This document shows, one piece after another, positions 12,232 to 24,159 of a DNA stretch of 64,000 nucleotides. Location: positions 91,264,001 through 91,328,000 of the forward strand of contig JAGIQG010000004.1 of NCBI GenBank assembly GCA_024679065.1. The letters are read 5' to 3'. This DNA is from Sphyrna mokarran. Lineage: Eukaryota. The stretch's first letter is position 1, and each line of letters begins with the position of its first letter. Made by a program: the position numbers and the translations under genes. The notes beneath the pieces were generated by a model. It saw only the letters and a program-made list of their open reading frames with translations. It searched no databases and was not told where the DNA came from.

Positions 12232-13110
12232 CATGAGTTTTGTAGTTACTTTTATGTCATTGCCATTCCATCGTGCACTATAGTAATGCTGACTTCTTTG
12301 CATTTGTACAACATCCCCAACATGTGAAAATGCATCATGACTAAAAAATTACAAATAATTTCAAAAATATATGTACAAACTATTGGAAATGCACAAGTTG
12401 ATCAGCTTAGCTTTTCTTTTTTAGAAACTATTGCTTCTAGTAGGACCTTTCTTCAGAAAATCTGAAACTTAAGTCGACTTTGCTCTTTTAGACTCTGACC
12501 AGGCTGCTTGGTTCTGATTTTATTTCAGACTTCCATGTTTATGCTCTGTGGTTATGTTTCTATTAATTGAATTGCTTTTTCTACAGGTGCTGGAAGTAAG
12601 ACAGGTAGATATTATTTGCATCCTGATCTGTACCCTGTCATCACTAGATCTACCCTGAGCAGAGTTTCTCATACATCAAAGCTATGTACAGTGACAGAAC
12701 CTTTCAGATGATCTATGGGCTGCCTTTTTACACAGATAAAACATTATACAGTTTATCATTTACATTGGGGTCCCAGCCTTTGCCCGATTATCTGGCAAAG
12801 GCAGATAACTTGGCGAGTAACGGAGAGAACCAAGTTTTAATAGACACTGATATAGTCAAAGAGAGAGGATAGGAGAGGATGATTATTCATATTCACATGA
12901 ATTATTTTTCCAATTGTGCTAAAATCAAATCAAATTTAACCAAAGGAATCAAGTTCAAAATAAATAACAGTTGTTTATGAAGATGAGAGCTTACAAGTAG
13001 AATAATGAATAGCAACAATATGGGTGTAAAACAAAAAATAAGATGCACCAGGAAAGTAGACAAAGAAAAAGGGCAAATATAGAAATAATTCATTGTCCAA
13101 TTTAACCTTG

Positions 13111-13320
13111 TGGCTGAAATTCTCTGGCCTTCCAGCCAATTGTTTCCCGCCTGCAAGAGGTGGCTCGTTATTTGCTAGTGGTGGGATTCCCTACTCCTGC
13201 AGTTCTCAATGGGAATTTCCATTCGTGGCACACCACACTGGCGGGCAACCTACGGACTGGGTATGCTGCCAGCGGGACTGGAGAATTCCCCGGCATGAAT
13301 GGCCAGAGAATTTTGGTCCA
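13111..13320. mobile_element. Short MITE (about 210 bp) with terminal inverted repeats
   Basis: Left aaattctctggcc, right ggccagagaattt (13-bp perfect core); central gggaatttcc palindrome. Related short copies near 9750-9920, 48259-48388 and 61636-61760. Confidence 0.7.
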
Positions 13321-13550
13321 TATCTTTAGGACAAAGGTCCGTGTCTGGGTAAAGTCAACAACCTCCAATATAATTGAAACTATGGTTCCCTCCCCTCTTT
13401 TTGGTCTCCTTCTCAACCTCTCTGCCTCTTCGACATCATTTCACTTTTTCTACCACTACATCATATAGCGAAGCAATACGTCCTCTCAGTGAAAGCATTT
13501 GTACAATGCCATTCAATAAAATAATCACTTCAATCACTTTTTCTCTGCAG

Positions 13551-13694
13551 CCCCAAACCCTCCGAGCATTCGAGAAGAGCTCTGCACAGCATCTCATGAC
13601 ACCATTACTGTTCACTGGACCTCAGAAGACGAATTCAGCATTGTCTCCTATGAACTGCAGTATACTATCTTCACAGGACAAGCAAACTTCATCA
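13551..13694 (+). CDS. MID2: MID2 fibronectin type III exon, first half (absent from the ORF track in this frame)
   Basis: tttttctctgcag|CCCCAAAC...ATCA|gtaagc; 144 nt, phase 1 to 1. (A)[47 protein letters not shown](S). Confidence 0.95.
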
Positions 13695-13837
13695 GTAAGC
13701 TTGAGTAAAAGTTTTGGAAGTACAGTAAATTTGGCATTTTTGTATGGATAAGATGGCAAAGTGACTTTTCTGTCTATCCATTCCTGTCTAAGGGAGATTG
13801 GCTTTTGGTCATCTCTTTATTCATTTGTGCAGCTGAT

Positions 13838-14170
13838 GAGCGGCATGGTAGCACAGTGGTTAGCACTACTGCTTCACAGCTCCAGGGTCCTGGGTTCGAA
13901 TCCTGGCTCAGGTCACTGTCTGTGTGGAGTTTGCATATTCTCATTTTGTCTGCATGGGTTTCCTCTGGGTACTCCAGTTTCCTCCCTCAGTCCAAAGATG
14001 TGCGGGTTAGGTTGATTGACCATGCTAAGAAATTGCCCCTTAATGTGTAGGATAGAAGGATTAGTGGGTATAATATGTAGGAATTATGGAGGTTGAGTCT
14101 GGGTGGAATTGTATTTGGTGCAGACTTGATGGGTTGAAGAGCCTCTTTCTGCTTTATAGGTTCTATGATA
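13838..14170 (+). mobile_element. HE1-like SINE, near full length
   Basis: ggcatggtagcacagtggttagcact...gggttcgaatcc (A/B boxes), conserved core, LINE-derived tail gggttgaagagcctctttctg...attctatga. Confidence 0.9.
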
Positions 14171-14757
14171 TTTGGAACTCAATGGAGCAGAGAATGTTGA
14201 ATCTAAATCAGAACATTTCTTTTAAACCCCTTCTTTGCCAATGGTTTTCCATTTCCTGCACATCCATCTCTCTCCCAATGATATTGATTTCTGTTAGGAT
14301 ATGAATCCATGGATTTCAAACACCCTTTGTATCTTTCATATGGCCAGTCTTCATGTAGCAGTCTGTTAAATGTACATGCTGGCCCCAAGCTTGAAAAGCC
14401 TGTCAACAATCCCTGTCTCATCTTGTCAACAGATGCAAGTGTCATTGGGTATTGATCAGATCAGAGAACCCTGGCTGATTATTTTTTTCCACTTCCGATC
14501 GAGGGACTCTGATGAATACTAATTGGTTTCCCTGCTGTGAACAGTTCAGTGCTAAACCTGGAACTCACAACTTGCCTGAGTTTGTAGTCATAATATGGCA
14601 AAAAGCCATCCTTCTGATACTTCTCAGACTGAAATTCCAAACTACTTTGCAAGCATTGAAAAGCATTAAAGGTCTTACACTGGTCAAAGAATAAGAATTG
14701 TACCGGTCAATTTGATTTTTGTTGTGGACTTTGGAAATCTAAAATGACTGCCTAATT

Positions 14758-14808
14758 CACCTAAAAAACAAGAGTTACTGCACCTAAAAAACAAGAGTTA
14801 CTGCACCT
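14758..14808. repeat. 23-bp tandem duplication
   Basis: cacctaaaaaacaagagttactg twice, plus cacct. Confidence 0.9.
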
Positions 14809-14869
14809 CAAAATTCAGTGCTAAGAACGTTAATCCTTTTGGCATTATATGGCACTTGGGGAGGGGCTA

Positions 14870-15510
14870 ATTAATAATATTCTTACTGGACTAGTAATTC
14901 AGAGACCCGGTTCGAATCATACTGCCTATGATGGAATTTGAATTTAATAAAAATCTGTAATTAAAAGCATAATGATAAACATAAGAACATAAAAACTAGG
15001 AGCAGGAATAGACCATCTGGCCCCTCGAGCCTCCTCTGCCATTCAATAAGATCATGGCTAATCTTTTCATGGTCCCAGCTCCACTTTTCTGCTCGCTCAC
15101 CATAACCATTAATTCCTTTAATGTTCAAAAATCTATCTTTGCCTTAAAAACATTCAACGAGGTAGCCTCAACTATTTCACTCCCCAGAGAATTCCACAGA
15201 TTCACAATCCTTTGGGTGAAGAAATTCCTCTTCAACTCCTATATCTGTGCCCTCCTCTACTTAGAGAATATCCCCTCGTTCTCATTTTACCTGCCAATGG
15301 AAACAGCCTCCCTGTTTTTATCTTATCCATTCCCTTCATAATTTGACATCCGATCCCCTCTGTTTTAAATTCCAATAAGTACAATGAACGTTTACTCAGT
15401 CCATGAGCATGAAACCATTGTCATAAAAAAAAGAGGTTCGGTCATGTTTTTAGGGAAGGAAATCTGCCATCCTTACCTCGTCACTTGATTATAGATTCTT
15501 AAATGTCCAC
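14870..15510 (+). mobile_element. tRNA-headed SINE (second family) interrupted by a minus-strand CR1 3' fragment (14979-15400)
   Basis: Head ggactagtaattcagagacccggttcgaatc; resumes with catgaaaccattg...tttagggaaggaaatctgccatccttacc. A similar copy lies at 17950-18320. Confidence 0.65.
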
Positions 15511-15940
15511 TTAAAGAAAAAGGCACCATTAATCACCACATCAAAAACAAACTTAGTCCTGTCAAACCTGCAAAATTACACTTGCTGTTGTCTGTCTCAC
15601 AGACTAGTCATGCCTGAAATTGTCATACTCCCAGAACCATTATTTACGTTACGGACAATGTACTGGACAATGCCATCATCCTGCCTGGGTATATCCTACC
15701 CCAATGTGGATGGGGACCATACAGTTGGAATGGAGTTGCCCTAAAAATTCTCAACATTGACTCCAGACCCTATGATCTTTCATGGAATTAGGTCAAACAT
15801 GGGGAAGAAAACTTGCTGCTGATCACCTGATGAATCAGTACTTACCCATGTTGAACACACTTGAAGGAAGCACTGAGGGTTCTCTCATCAAGAGCGACTT
15901 GGGAGCACCAACAGGGATTGAGCTGGCTGCGTCCTAAAGA

Positions 15941-16510
15941 AGCCAAGTCATGGGGGTTACAGATAATGTAACATGAACTCAAGATCCCTGTTGAGACCGT
16001 CCTCGTGTGTGTGTGGAACTTGGTTATCAGTCTCTGCTCAGCGGCTCTGCGCTGTCGTGTCTGCTCAGTGCAGAGTCACTGAGCAGAGACTGATAGCCAA
16101 GTTCTGTACACATGAGCACGGCCTCAACAGGGATCTTGAGTTCATGTCACACTATCTGTAACCCATGACTTACCTGGGTTAGCAAAAAAACCTCACTTAT
16201 TGTGCCGTCTGGAGACAATACACATCTCTTTAACCTGTGCTCAGTGTTCCGTCCACACATATTGTCGACCACTTTAAGACTTGAATAGCAGGATAGGTGT
16301 AAAGATTTGCATTCTAATCAGTAATCTGCAAACACTCTGTGCTGTTATATGTGCTGCTTGAGACCAGAACACCTCATTCACCTGACGAAGAGCAGAGCCT
16401 CGAAAGTTTGTGTGAGTTTACTATCAAAAAATCGGTTGGACTTGAACCTGGTGTTATCAAACTTCTTGCTATGTTTACCCCAGTCCAATGCCGGCATCTC
16501 CACATCATGT
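15941..16510 (+). mobile_element. Penelope-like element, 5'-truncated, with an inverted 5' segment
   Basis: 15945-16050 is the reverse complement of 16070-16172; 16075-16510 matches the Penelope arm at 7171-7497; TSD tcctaaag at 15932-15939 and 16512-16519. Confidence 0.85.
16376..16416 (+). ncRNA. Minimal hammerhead-like motif
   Basis: attcac-CTGACGA-A-GAG(cagagc)CTC-GAAA-GTT-T-gtg; stem II GAG/CTC, stem I CAC/GTG. Confidence 0.6.
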
Positions 16511-16744
16511 ATCCTAAAGGACATAGCTGCTTGACTGGTTTGTGGCAGGTGGTCAGGGAATCAACAACAGAGGAAAATATATTTGTCCTCAATCTCACCA
16601 ACCTGTCTACTGCAAACACGTCTGACATTGCCAGTATCAGTAGGTGTAATCACTTGGCAGTCCTTCTGGGAAGAAAGTTAGTTGACATTGTAAAATGTTC
16701 CTCTCTCAATGTACTGTCCCTACACATTAAAAACAGCTGTTATC

Positions 16745-17015
16745 ACCTGCCTTGTTAAAAGATCCGGCCTTGACCATTCTGCTGTTATAAACTACCAGCC
16801 CCTCTCCAACTTCCCTAAACTATTCCACTGATAGTGGCCTCTTGGGTATCTCTCGCTCCTTTCAGATCAGCACTGATGTTTTTAGCTATCAGACACTAGG
16901 TTCAGAAATCCATTTCTAAACTTCACTCTTCTTTGTGATCCTATTGTTTGTTTACACTTCTGAGAAACTCTTGAGAAACTTTGCTACATTCAAGGTGCTT
17001 TATATATGCAAATTA
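16745..17015 (+). mobile_element. L2-like LINE remnant
   Basis: aactaccagcccctctccaacttccc (NYQPLSNFP, resembling the YRPIS motif) and an L2-type 3' end tttgctacattcaaggtgctttatatatgcaaatt; similar 3' end at 60040-60445. Confidence 0.5.
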
Positions 17016-19161
17016 TTATTAATTACAGTAGTTCGTTCTATATGGAATAAAATTCCTAGACAGACTTAAAGGATACAAATAAATAGATCTGCAGGATAGA
17101 TGGTATTTATCCCAAAATGCCAGAAGTGACAGAAGAGATTTGAAAGGCACTATTAGGCATTAGGAAGGAGTATGCTAATACTAAGCCACTGCTTTTTCTA
17201 GTCCTCTGCCTCAATGTTGTCATGAGCAATTAGCTTTCTCTGCACTAACAAGATACTAACCTCAGGCAATTTTTTATACTGCTGTTAGGTTTTTGTTAAA
17301 AATGTTCTTTTTCAAATTAGCTGTTTTTGTTGCAAAGTATTAAGTCACAATATAGCGAGTAAGATCTGTTCTTCTTTACAATGAAATCTGTTCCCTACAT
17401 AAGAATTCATATGTCAGCCTGTTTTAAGATACCACCTTCATTGGTAATTTAGTTCATATAAATTTATTTGAGATATTTTGTGAAAGAAGCATCTCTATCT
17501 CTGGATACAAATTCACAACATGGTATCAGTATTTAAAAGCTCTTAAGTGGTGACAAGGGGAAAAAAGTTATTTATGTAGCATGTTATTGTCATTTTCATC
17601 TCTGCTTTAATTCTAATACAGATCCTGATCCCACTCACAATACATTTGCGACAGTTAAGGAGGCAGCCATTTCTAGGAACATTTCAAGCAGATAATGTTT
17701 TGTAACTTGGACACATATTTATATTGGTGTCGGATGTTGATAATTCATAGTTTCTTCAGAAATTTTGCTGGCAATTCCACAGTAGTAGAAAGGAGGAATG
17801 AACAGTGCCACAACTACTAAAAACTGGCATTCTGATCTTTCCAGTAGTTTTTTTTTTGGATCTGTAGCCCGTGGAGGAGGAGTGCACGAGCATTCCTCTG
17901 GGGATGTCAGAGTTGTGCTTCCTCCTATGTCACATGCACTTCTATGCACAGTAGCATATGGTTACTCGATTAATAATCCAGAGGTATGAATTTTACTCCA
18001 TGGCAGTTATAAATTTTAAGTTCAGTTAATTGAATCAACCCACAATAGAGAAAAGCTAGTGCTGGCAAAGGTAACGCTGGATTTTCACAAAAATCCGATT
18101 TGCTGGTGATGTTTAGGGAGGAAAACTTGCCACCTTACCCAATCTGACCTGTATGTAACTCCAGAATCTCAGCAATGTGGTTAATTCTTAACAGTCTTCA
18201 GCATTGAATGACCTGCCCAGGCCAGTTCAATTGAAACTGCTATGGCAAAAGGCTACAATCGTTCAAGAAGGCCAATAAATGCTGATGTTGCCAGCAACAC
18301 CCGCATTTCAGAATTATAAGAATAAAACTGTCTCAGCTAGTTCAGCGTTGCCTGCTCCAATTAAACTCACTGCAGCCTTCGACCTGTTTGCCTCCGGCTC
18401 CTTCCTGACAGCCTGAGGGAGTGTCAGTAACATCAGCCTGCCCGCAGTTCATGCTATGTTTGCTATTTCAGACACTTTTCTTACTTTCCCATAGACAAGT
18501 AGAAACAACAGGAGAAGATTCTGTGGTTCACACAGATTGTAGAAATCTCACAAGTGTAAGTGTCATTGACTGCATCCAGGTCACTCAGTTGGTTCCTTCA
18601 CATGCCCTCACTGCCTCCATGAACCACAGGCACTTCCATTCCATTTATATGTGACTGTGGTCTTGATCAGCACAGCACATCACACAGGTCTGCGGCTGCC
18701 TGATGCCTTTACTTTGCACCTAACCTGTGCCTCATTATACCCTACCCGCTGATTCATGCATCTAATGCTAATCAATCCCATATTAATCTTCTGTCCCTGC
18801 CAAAATGGTTTTACTTGTACCAGGCATAAAAAATCACAACAGTGAAATCATTTAAAAAACGTAGCCTGCAGAAACAACCAAAGGAGCCAAGTTTGGTGCT
18901 GGCAGCTATATCCAATTACTTGTCCTTACTCCAGGGGTTGTCATGACACATTTTTATAGATTCATTTACCTGCCTGAGCTTCAATACTGGAAAGGAGCAA
19001 CAGTGATTTAAAATGTATCAGAGCTTTACAGATGTGTGTAGGGCCACCAGGCTTTCTGTCAGAGATTTCTGATTACTGATGATTAGGAAACTGTAGTGGA
19101 GGCATAGCATTTAAAGTTCCTGAGTATAAATTGCTCCACGGTTCTTAACCCTTCAGTTATT

Positions 19162-19430
19162 ATCATAGAATCACTACAGTGCAGAAGGAGGCCATTCAGC
19201 CCACTAACAACAATCCTATCCAGGCCCTAACCCCACACTACGGTCAATTTAGCATGGTCATTCAACTGAACCCACACATCTTTGAACTGTGGGAGGAAAC
19301 TGGAGCACCCGAAGGAAATCCATATAGACACAAGGATAATCGCAAATTCCATTCAGGCAGTGACCCATGCCGGGAATCGAACTTAGGTCCCTATAAGGCA
19401 GCAGTGCTAACGATTGAGCCATTGTGCCAC
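19162..19430 (-). mobile_element. HE1-like SINE
   Basis: Reverse complement of the SINE core (gggaggaaactggagcacccg; gggaatcgaac; gcagcagtgctaac). Confidence 0.85.
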
Positions 19431-19454
19431 TCTCAGGATCCCAAGGAAAGTTAA

Positions 19455-19830
19455 TCAGAGCTTTCCTTGGAGAAAAGAAGGATGAGAAAAGATTTGCTGG
19501 AGCTTTTCAAAATCAGGAGGGTATTGGACAGAGTAGAAAGGGAGAAACTGTTCCCATTCATGAAAGGATCGAGAATGAGAGGGCACTGATTTAAAGTAAT
19601 TTGTAAAAGAAGCAGAAGGAATAAGAGACATAAACATTTTCAGGCAGCCAGTTGGTAGAGTCTGGAATGCACTGCTGAGAGTGCTGTGGAGACAGGTTCA
19701 TTTGAAGCATTCAAATGTGCAGGGTTTTGGGGAGAAGATGGAAGAATGGCACCAAGTAAATTATTCAATTGGAGAACCTGTACAGACACGATAGGCTAAA
19801 TGGCCTCCTTCTGCACTGTACAAATTCCGT
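19455..19830 (+). mobile_element. CR1-like LINE 3' fragment
   Basis: ttccttggagaaaagaagg...gagagggcactgatttaaag...aaatggcctccttctgcactgta. Confidence 0.65.
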
Positions 19831-20914
19831 GAGTTCACTAGACTTGTCTGCACTGGCACATCTAGGAAACGTTACCCCATAGGATAAACAATGTGGCTGA
19901 ATGTCACTAACTTCCTTTGCAGTGGTATCTTGGACTTGTTTCTGTTAAAAATGCAAACACAGCTTGACCTCAACAGAGAAGCCCTAAGGCTATGTCAAAG
20001 GGAGAAGAGCCGAAAAACAAGTCTGCAACCTTCTTTTCTGATCAAAGGCTCCTCAAGGACTAGAATTCAGAAGATTGGTCTTTGTTAACAATAACTTCAT
20101 TACAGATACTGTGGGCTATCAGCCCATTTACTGCAGGGTGAAAAAGTGCCCTCCCCAAGATACCTTCAACAAGCTGTCCAATTTATAGAGTAACACCAGG
20201 CAGTACAATTCCCACGTGCTTGAACGTGATTACTTTTCTACCTTAAGGGTAACTGGATACAACTCCTATCAGGTTTCTCAGTTTATCTCCAACTCTTGGA
20301 AATTTCACAAGTGCATTGACAAGTATACTCAAATGGTGGGGTTAATTGCAACTTAGGCAGAAGCATCTTAATAAATAAACCATTGAAGGAAATAAACATT
20401 CTCATAGACTGCGTGCCAATATGCTACAGAATATTTAATTGAAAGAAAAGTAAAAGTTTAACATAGCAACTGATTTGTTCAATATGATTTATTTCAAAAA
20501 TAGTAATAGCCTACGCTGATAAGATAGCAACATGTCCCAAGATGCTTCATAGAAATGTAATCAGACAATAATGGATTTGGAGACAAAGAAAGAGCTATTA
20601 AGAGCAATAACTAACAGCTTGATCAGGGTTTAAAGAAAAGGGGGAGAGAAGACAAGATGGGACAAAGGGATTTAGAGAGAGAATTCCAAAATCTGAAGTT
20701 TACAGGCTGAATGGCAGTTGCCAATGTGGATGAAAAGAATGGAGCAGGGAGTGGAGATAGACAAGAGGTCAAACTCAGAGAATTGTTCCTCTGGATAATG
20801 GGAGGAAGGCAGTTACATTAAGGCTAGGGAAAGCTACAGAGAAAAGAAGAAAAGTCATAGAGTAGTGTAAAAATGAGAATGAAAATTTAGAATTGGTGCC
20901 AAATTAGGTGCCTC

Positions 20915-21865
20915 ATGATAGACTGGTGCAGAAGGTGAAGTTGTATGGGATCAGAGATGAGCTGGCAAGGTGGATACAAAACTGACTCGGTTAAAGAAGA
21001 CAGGGAATGGCAGTGGAAGGGTATGTTTCTGAATGGAGGGCTATGACAAGTGGTGTTCCTAGGGATCAATGCTGGGACCTTTACTGTTTATAATATATAT
21101 AAATGATTTGGAGGAAAATATAACTGGATCGATTAGTAAGTTTGTGGATGATTCAAAGATTGCTGGATTTGCGGATAATGATGAAGACCTTCAGAGGATA
21201 CAGCAGGATATAGATCAGTTGGAGACTTGGGCAGAGACATGGCAGATGAAATTTAATCAGACAAATGTGAGGTGATGCATTTTGGAAGATCTAAGACAGA
21301 TAGGAAATATGCAGTAAATGGCAGAACCCTGAAGAGTATTGATTGGCAAAGTGATATGGGTGTACAGGTACACAGGTCACTGAAAGTGACAATGCAGGCT
21401 GAGAAGGTAGTCAAAAAGTATACAGCATGTTTGCCTTCATCAGAGTTTAAAAATTAGCAAATCATGTTGCAGCTTTGTACAACCTTAGTTAGGCCACATG
21501 GATTATAGTGTTCAATTCTGATCGCCACACTGCCAGAAGGATGTGGAGGCTTTGGAGAGGGTACAGAGAAGATTTACCAGGATGTTGCCTGCTATGGAGG
21601 GCATTAGCTATAAGAGAGGTTGGAGAAACTTGTTCTCACTGGAGCAACAAAGATTGAGGGGAGATCTGATAGGAGTCTACAAGTTTATGAGTGGCATGGA
21701 CAGAGTGAATAGTCAGAAGCCTTTTCCCAGCATGGAAGAGTCACTTACTAGGGAGCACATGTTTAAGGTACAAGGGGCAAGATTTAAAGGAGATGTACAA
21801 GGCAGATTTTTTACACAAAGAGTACTGGAAGCCTGAAACTCGTTGCTAAGGGAGATAGTAGAAAT
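20915..21865 (+). mobile_element. CR1-like LINE reverse transcriptase fragment (frameshifted)
   Basis: SGVP.GSMLGPLLFIIYINDL...KFVDDSKI...WQMKFN...ALERVQRRFTRMLP; RT catalytic FADD-like motif. Confidence 0.9.
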
Positions 21866-24159
21866 ACTTTCCCTCTTTCAAATCAAGGAGCACAGCCTCT
21901 TTAGGTAGAACAGAAGCAGAAATGGAGGTGGGCATTTGCCCAGGTGACCATTTGGAAGATTTGTTTCCATTCACTGGGACACTGGCCCAACTATATGAGT
22001 GTGTGAGGCCCTGTAATCTTCACCCCTGCCACTCCATTTACCCATCTCTCACTCCTCATGTCACCCATCTCACATAACCTTCCATATTTCCATATCTATC
22101 CATATCTTCAATTGTCTCCCATTCTCCCCTTACATCTTAATCCTCTCATACCCATATGTACAGTATCTACTATGTCCAGAACACTTGAGCGCTATAATAA
22201 CATTAGGGAGTCTTTGAGATGCTCATGAAACTGTCAACATAAACAAAGATTCATTCAAAACTTATTTTAAAAAACATAATTTGATTATGTACTCATAAAA
22301 TAGTCAGGATCTCATGGTCTCCATGAAAGCTGTATCCACAACACTTTGGACTGAATGCATGGGTGGAATTTGATGCTCCCATGGTAAGGCAGATTTTGGA
22401 GGTGGAGTGAGGCAAAGGGGATGGGGAGATGGGGACGTTTCTTCTGTTGGAAAGGTCCAGGAATGAATCCCACCACCTTCCTTGCCTTCCCACTCAGACA
22501 ATCCTCTATTGGCTTTTAATTGCTTTGGGGGAGATTGTGGGTGGGGGTACTTGCTTAAAAGGTGCTGCATATCTGATTGAGGGACCTGGCAGCAGAAACC
22601 AAGAATCACCTCATCACCTTTTCTCCACTCCCCTTGCTCATGGCTCCTATCCCTCCCTCACTCACCACTCACTATGGATCCCTGGTGAAGGTACAAATAT
22701 ATTGCTGGCTGCCTCCTTCACTGGTAGTAACATTGTTAGAATTGGAGAGCTGCTGGCCTCTGATTGTCTGGTGTTATTTTTGCCACATTGGGCAAAATGC
22801 AGCAATTAAATGATTCCTGTGGCATTTGGAGCCTCAGCATCAGGTTTCCCTTTGCCAATTAGAAACTTAATCCCTTCAAAGTTGCTGGAGATCAGATTAA
22901 TGGTGATATTGCCAGCTTCGGTGGCAGTCATTGAGCCCACTGCTGATCTTATTAAATTTTGTAACATTATTGGGGATTTAGAACTCAAATAAGCATGCAT
23001 TATGAAATTCTAATTGAATTACTGTATCAAATCCATTAGTATGTTTGCAACATGGTGAAACATTCATAATAGGATTCCATTGCACAGTGTATATAAAAAG
23101 CATCCAGTATGAATATATACTTTCGAAGTCAGTGAAATCGCTCAGCCATCCGGTTAACCTTAAAAGCAGGGGAACAGTGTCTAAATTTTAATTATGATTA
23201 AAGGATTAAATCACAGGGGACAACTGACACAATCAGATCTGAAAATCAATACAGGTCAATGCAGAACGACACCTTGTCTACTGGATAATGTGCTGTAACG
23301 CATCTGAATCTTTTCCACTGTCACAGTGCTGGTTAATTTCATGTTCAGTTACCTTTTCAGACAAACCGCTATTACTAATCACTGTATTTAAAATGTCTTT
23401 AATTGTCAAACCTTATAACCAACTCCAGATGTACGTTATGCTATGGCTCATAACTCCTCTGAACTCCTTGATGAACTATGTCATCTTCAGAAGCCAATGC
23501 TACGCTATGAAAATTGCAAGAATTCTTAAATGCCTACTTCTGTAATGGAGCTGGCCAGGCAGGATGCTGTGTGTAGGCTTGTTATCCACTCTCTGATCAA
23601 AAGAGCCAGCAGCAGAATGGGACTGTGACCTCTGTTTTCCGACCTCTTCTGTCTTAATCCCACCTGCTCAATATGAGTTTGTCTTGCATGGGACTGAAAA
23701 ATCTGGCCCAATGTCACCAAACAATGTGGGAAACATGCCATGGATAGATCTGTAGAGGACTCGAAATGTAATGGGCAAACCCTAACTAAAAACACCTGTA
23801 ACTCTTTACACTCAAATATTATCAGTCCTTTAAAACTCTTCTATCTGAAATGTATATAATTAATCGAGGAAGCAAGTCAAATTTGATGGATTGGTTCTGT
23901 CAGGTACTTGTCCTGTCCTCCAAGAAATCTGATTGATAGATAGTGACAACTTTCACTTCCAGTGCAAAAGGCTGAGTTTCTTGTGAAACAGTAACAAGCT
24001 GTCCCATGGGCTAAAATGCTGTCAGCTTAAAACAATCCCTCTTTTCCCATGTGCACGTATTTAGTATCCTATGCCTTATCTCAGCATACCAGCCTGTGTG
24101 CTTTCTGAGTGTCTTTCACTTCTTCATCTTACTCTGGAAATCCTATTATATAAGGTTAT

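Larger units (their letters stand above)
15560..16690 (+). mobile_element. Degenerate LINE endonuclease-region fragment (host of a Penelope insertion)
   Basis: Decayed APE-like sequence (ctgatgaatcagtacttacccatgttgaacac; gtcctcaatctcaccaacc) is continuous across the insertion at 15941-16510. Confidence 0.55.

Noticed and set aside
13695-13790. Alternative 5' splice extension like the ~30-aa insert I recall in human MID2
   Set aside because: Read-through gives AGT AAG CTT GAG TAA, a stop after S-K-L-E, so no in-frame extension.
13838-13912. tRNA genes at SINE heads
   Set aside because: The A/B boxes run directly into the SINE core and tail, and no complete cloverleaf forms.
15824-15845. CTGATGA hammerhead box
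   Set aside because: No stem II or GAAA follows; it is part of a decayed LINE coding sequence.
23361-23545. In-frame cassette exon after the ttttcag acceptor
   Set aside because: The frame is open but no phase-1 GT donor occurs before the stop, and the peptide is unrecognisable.
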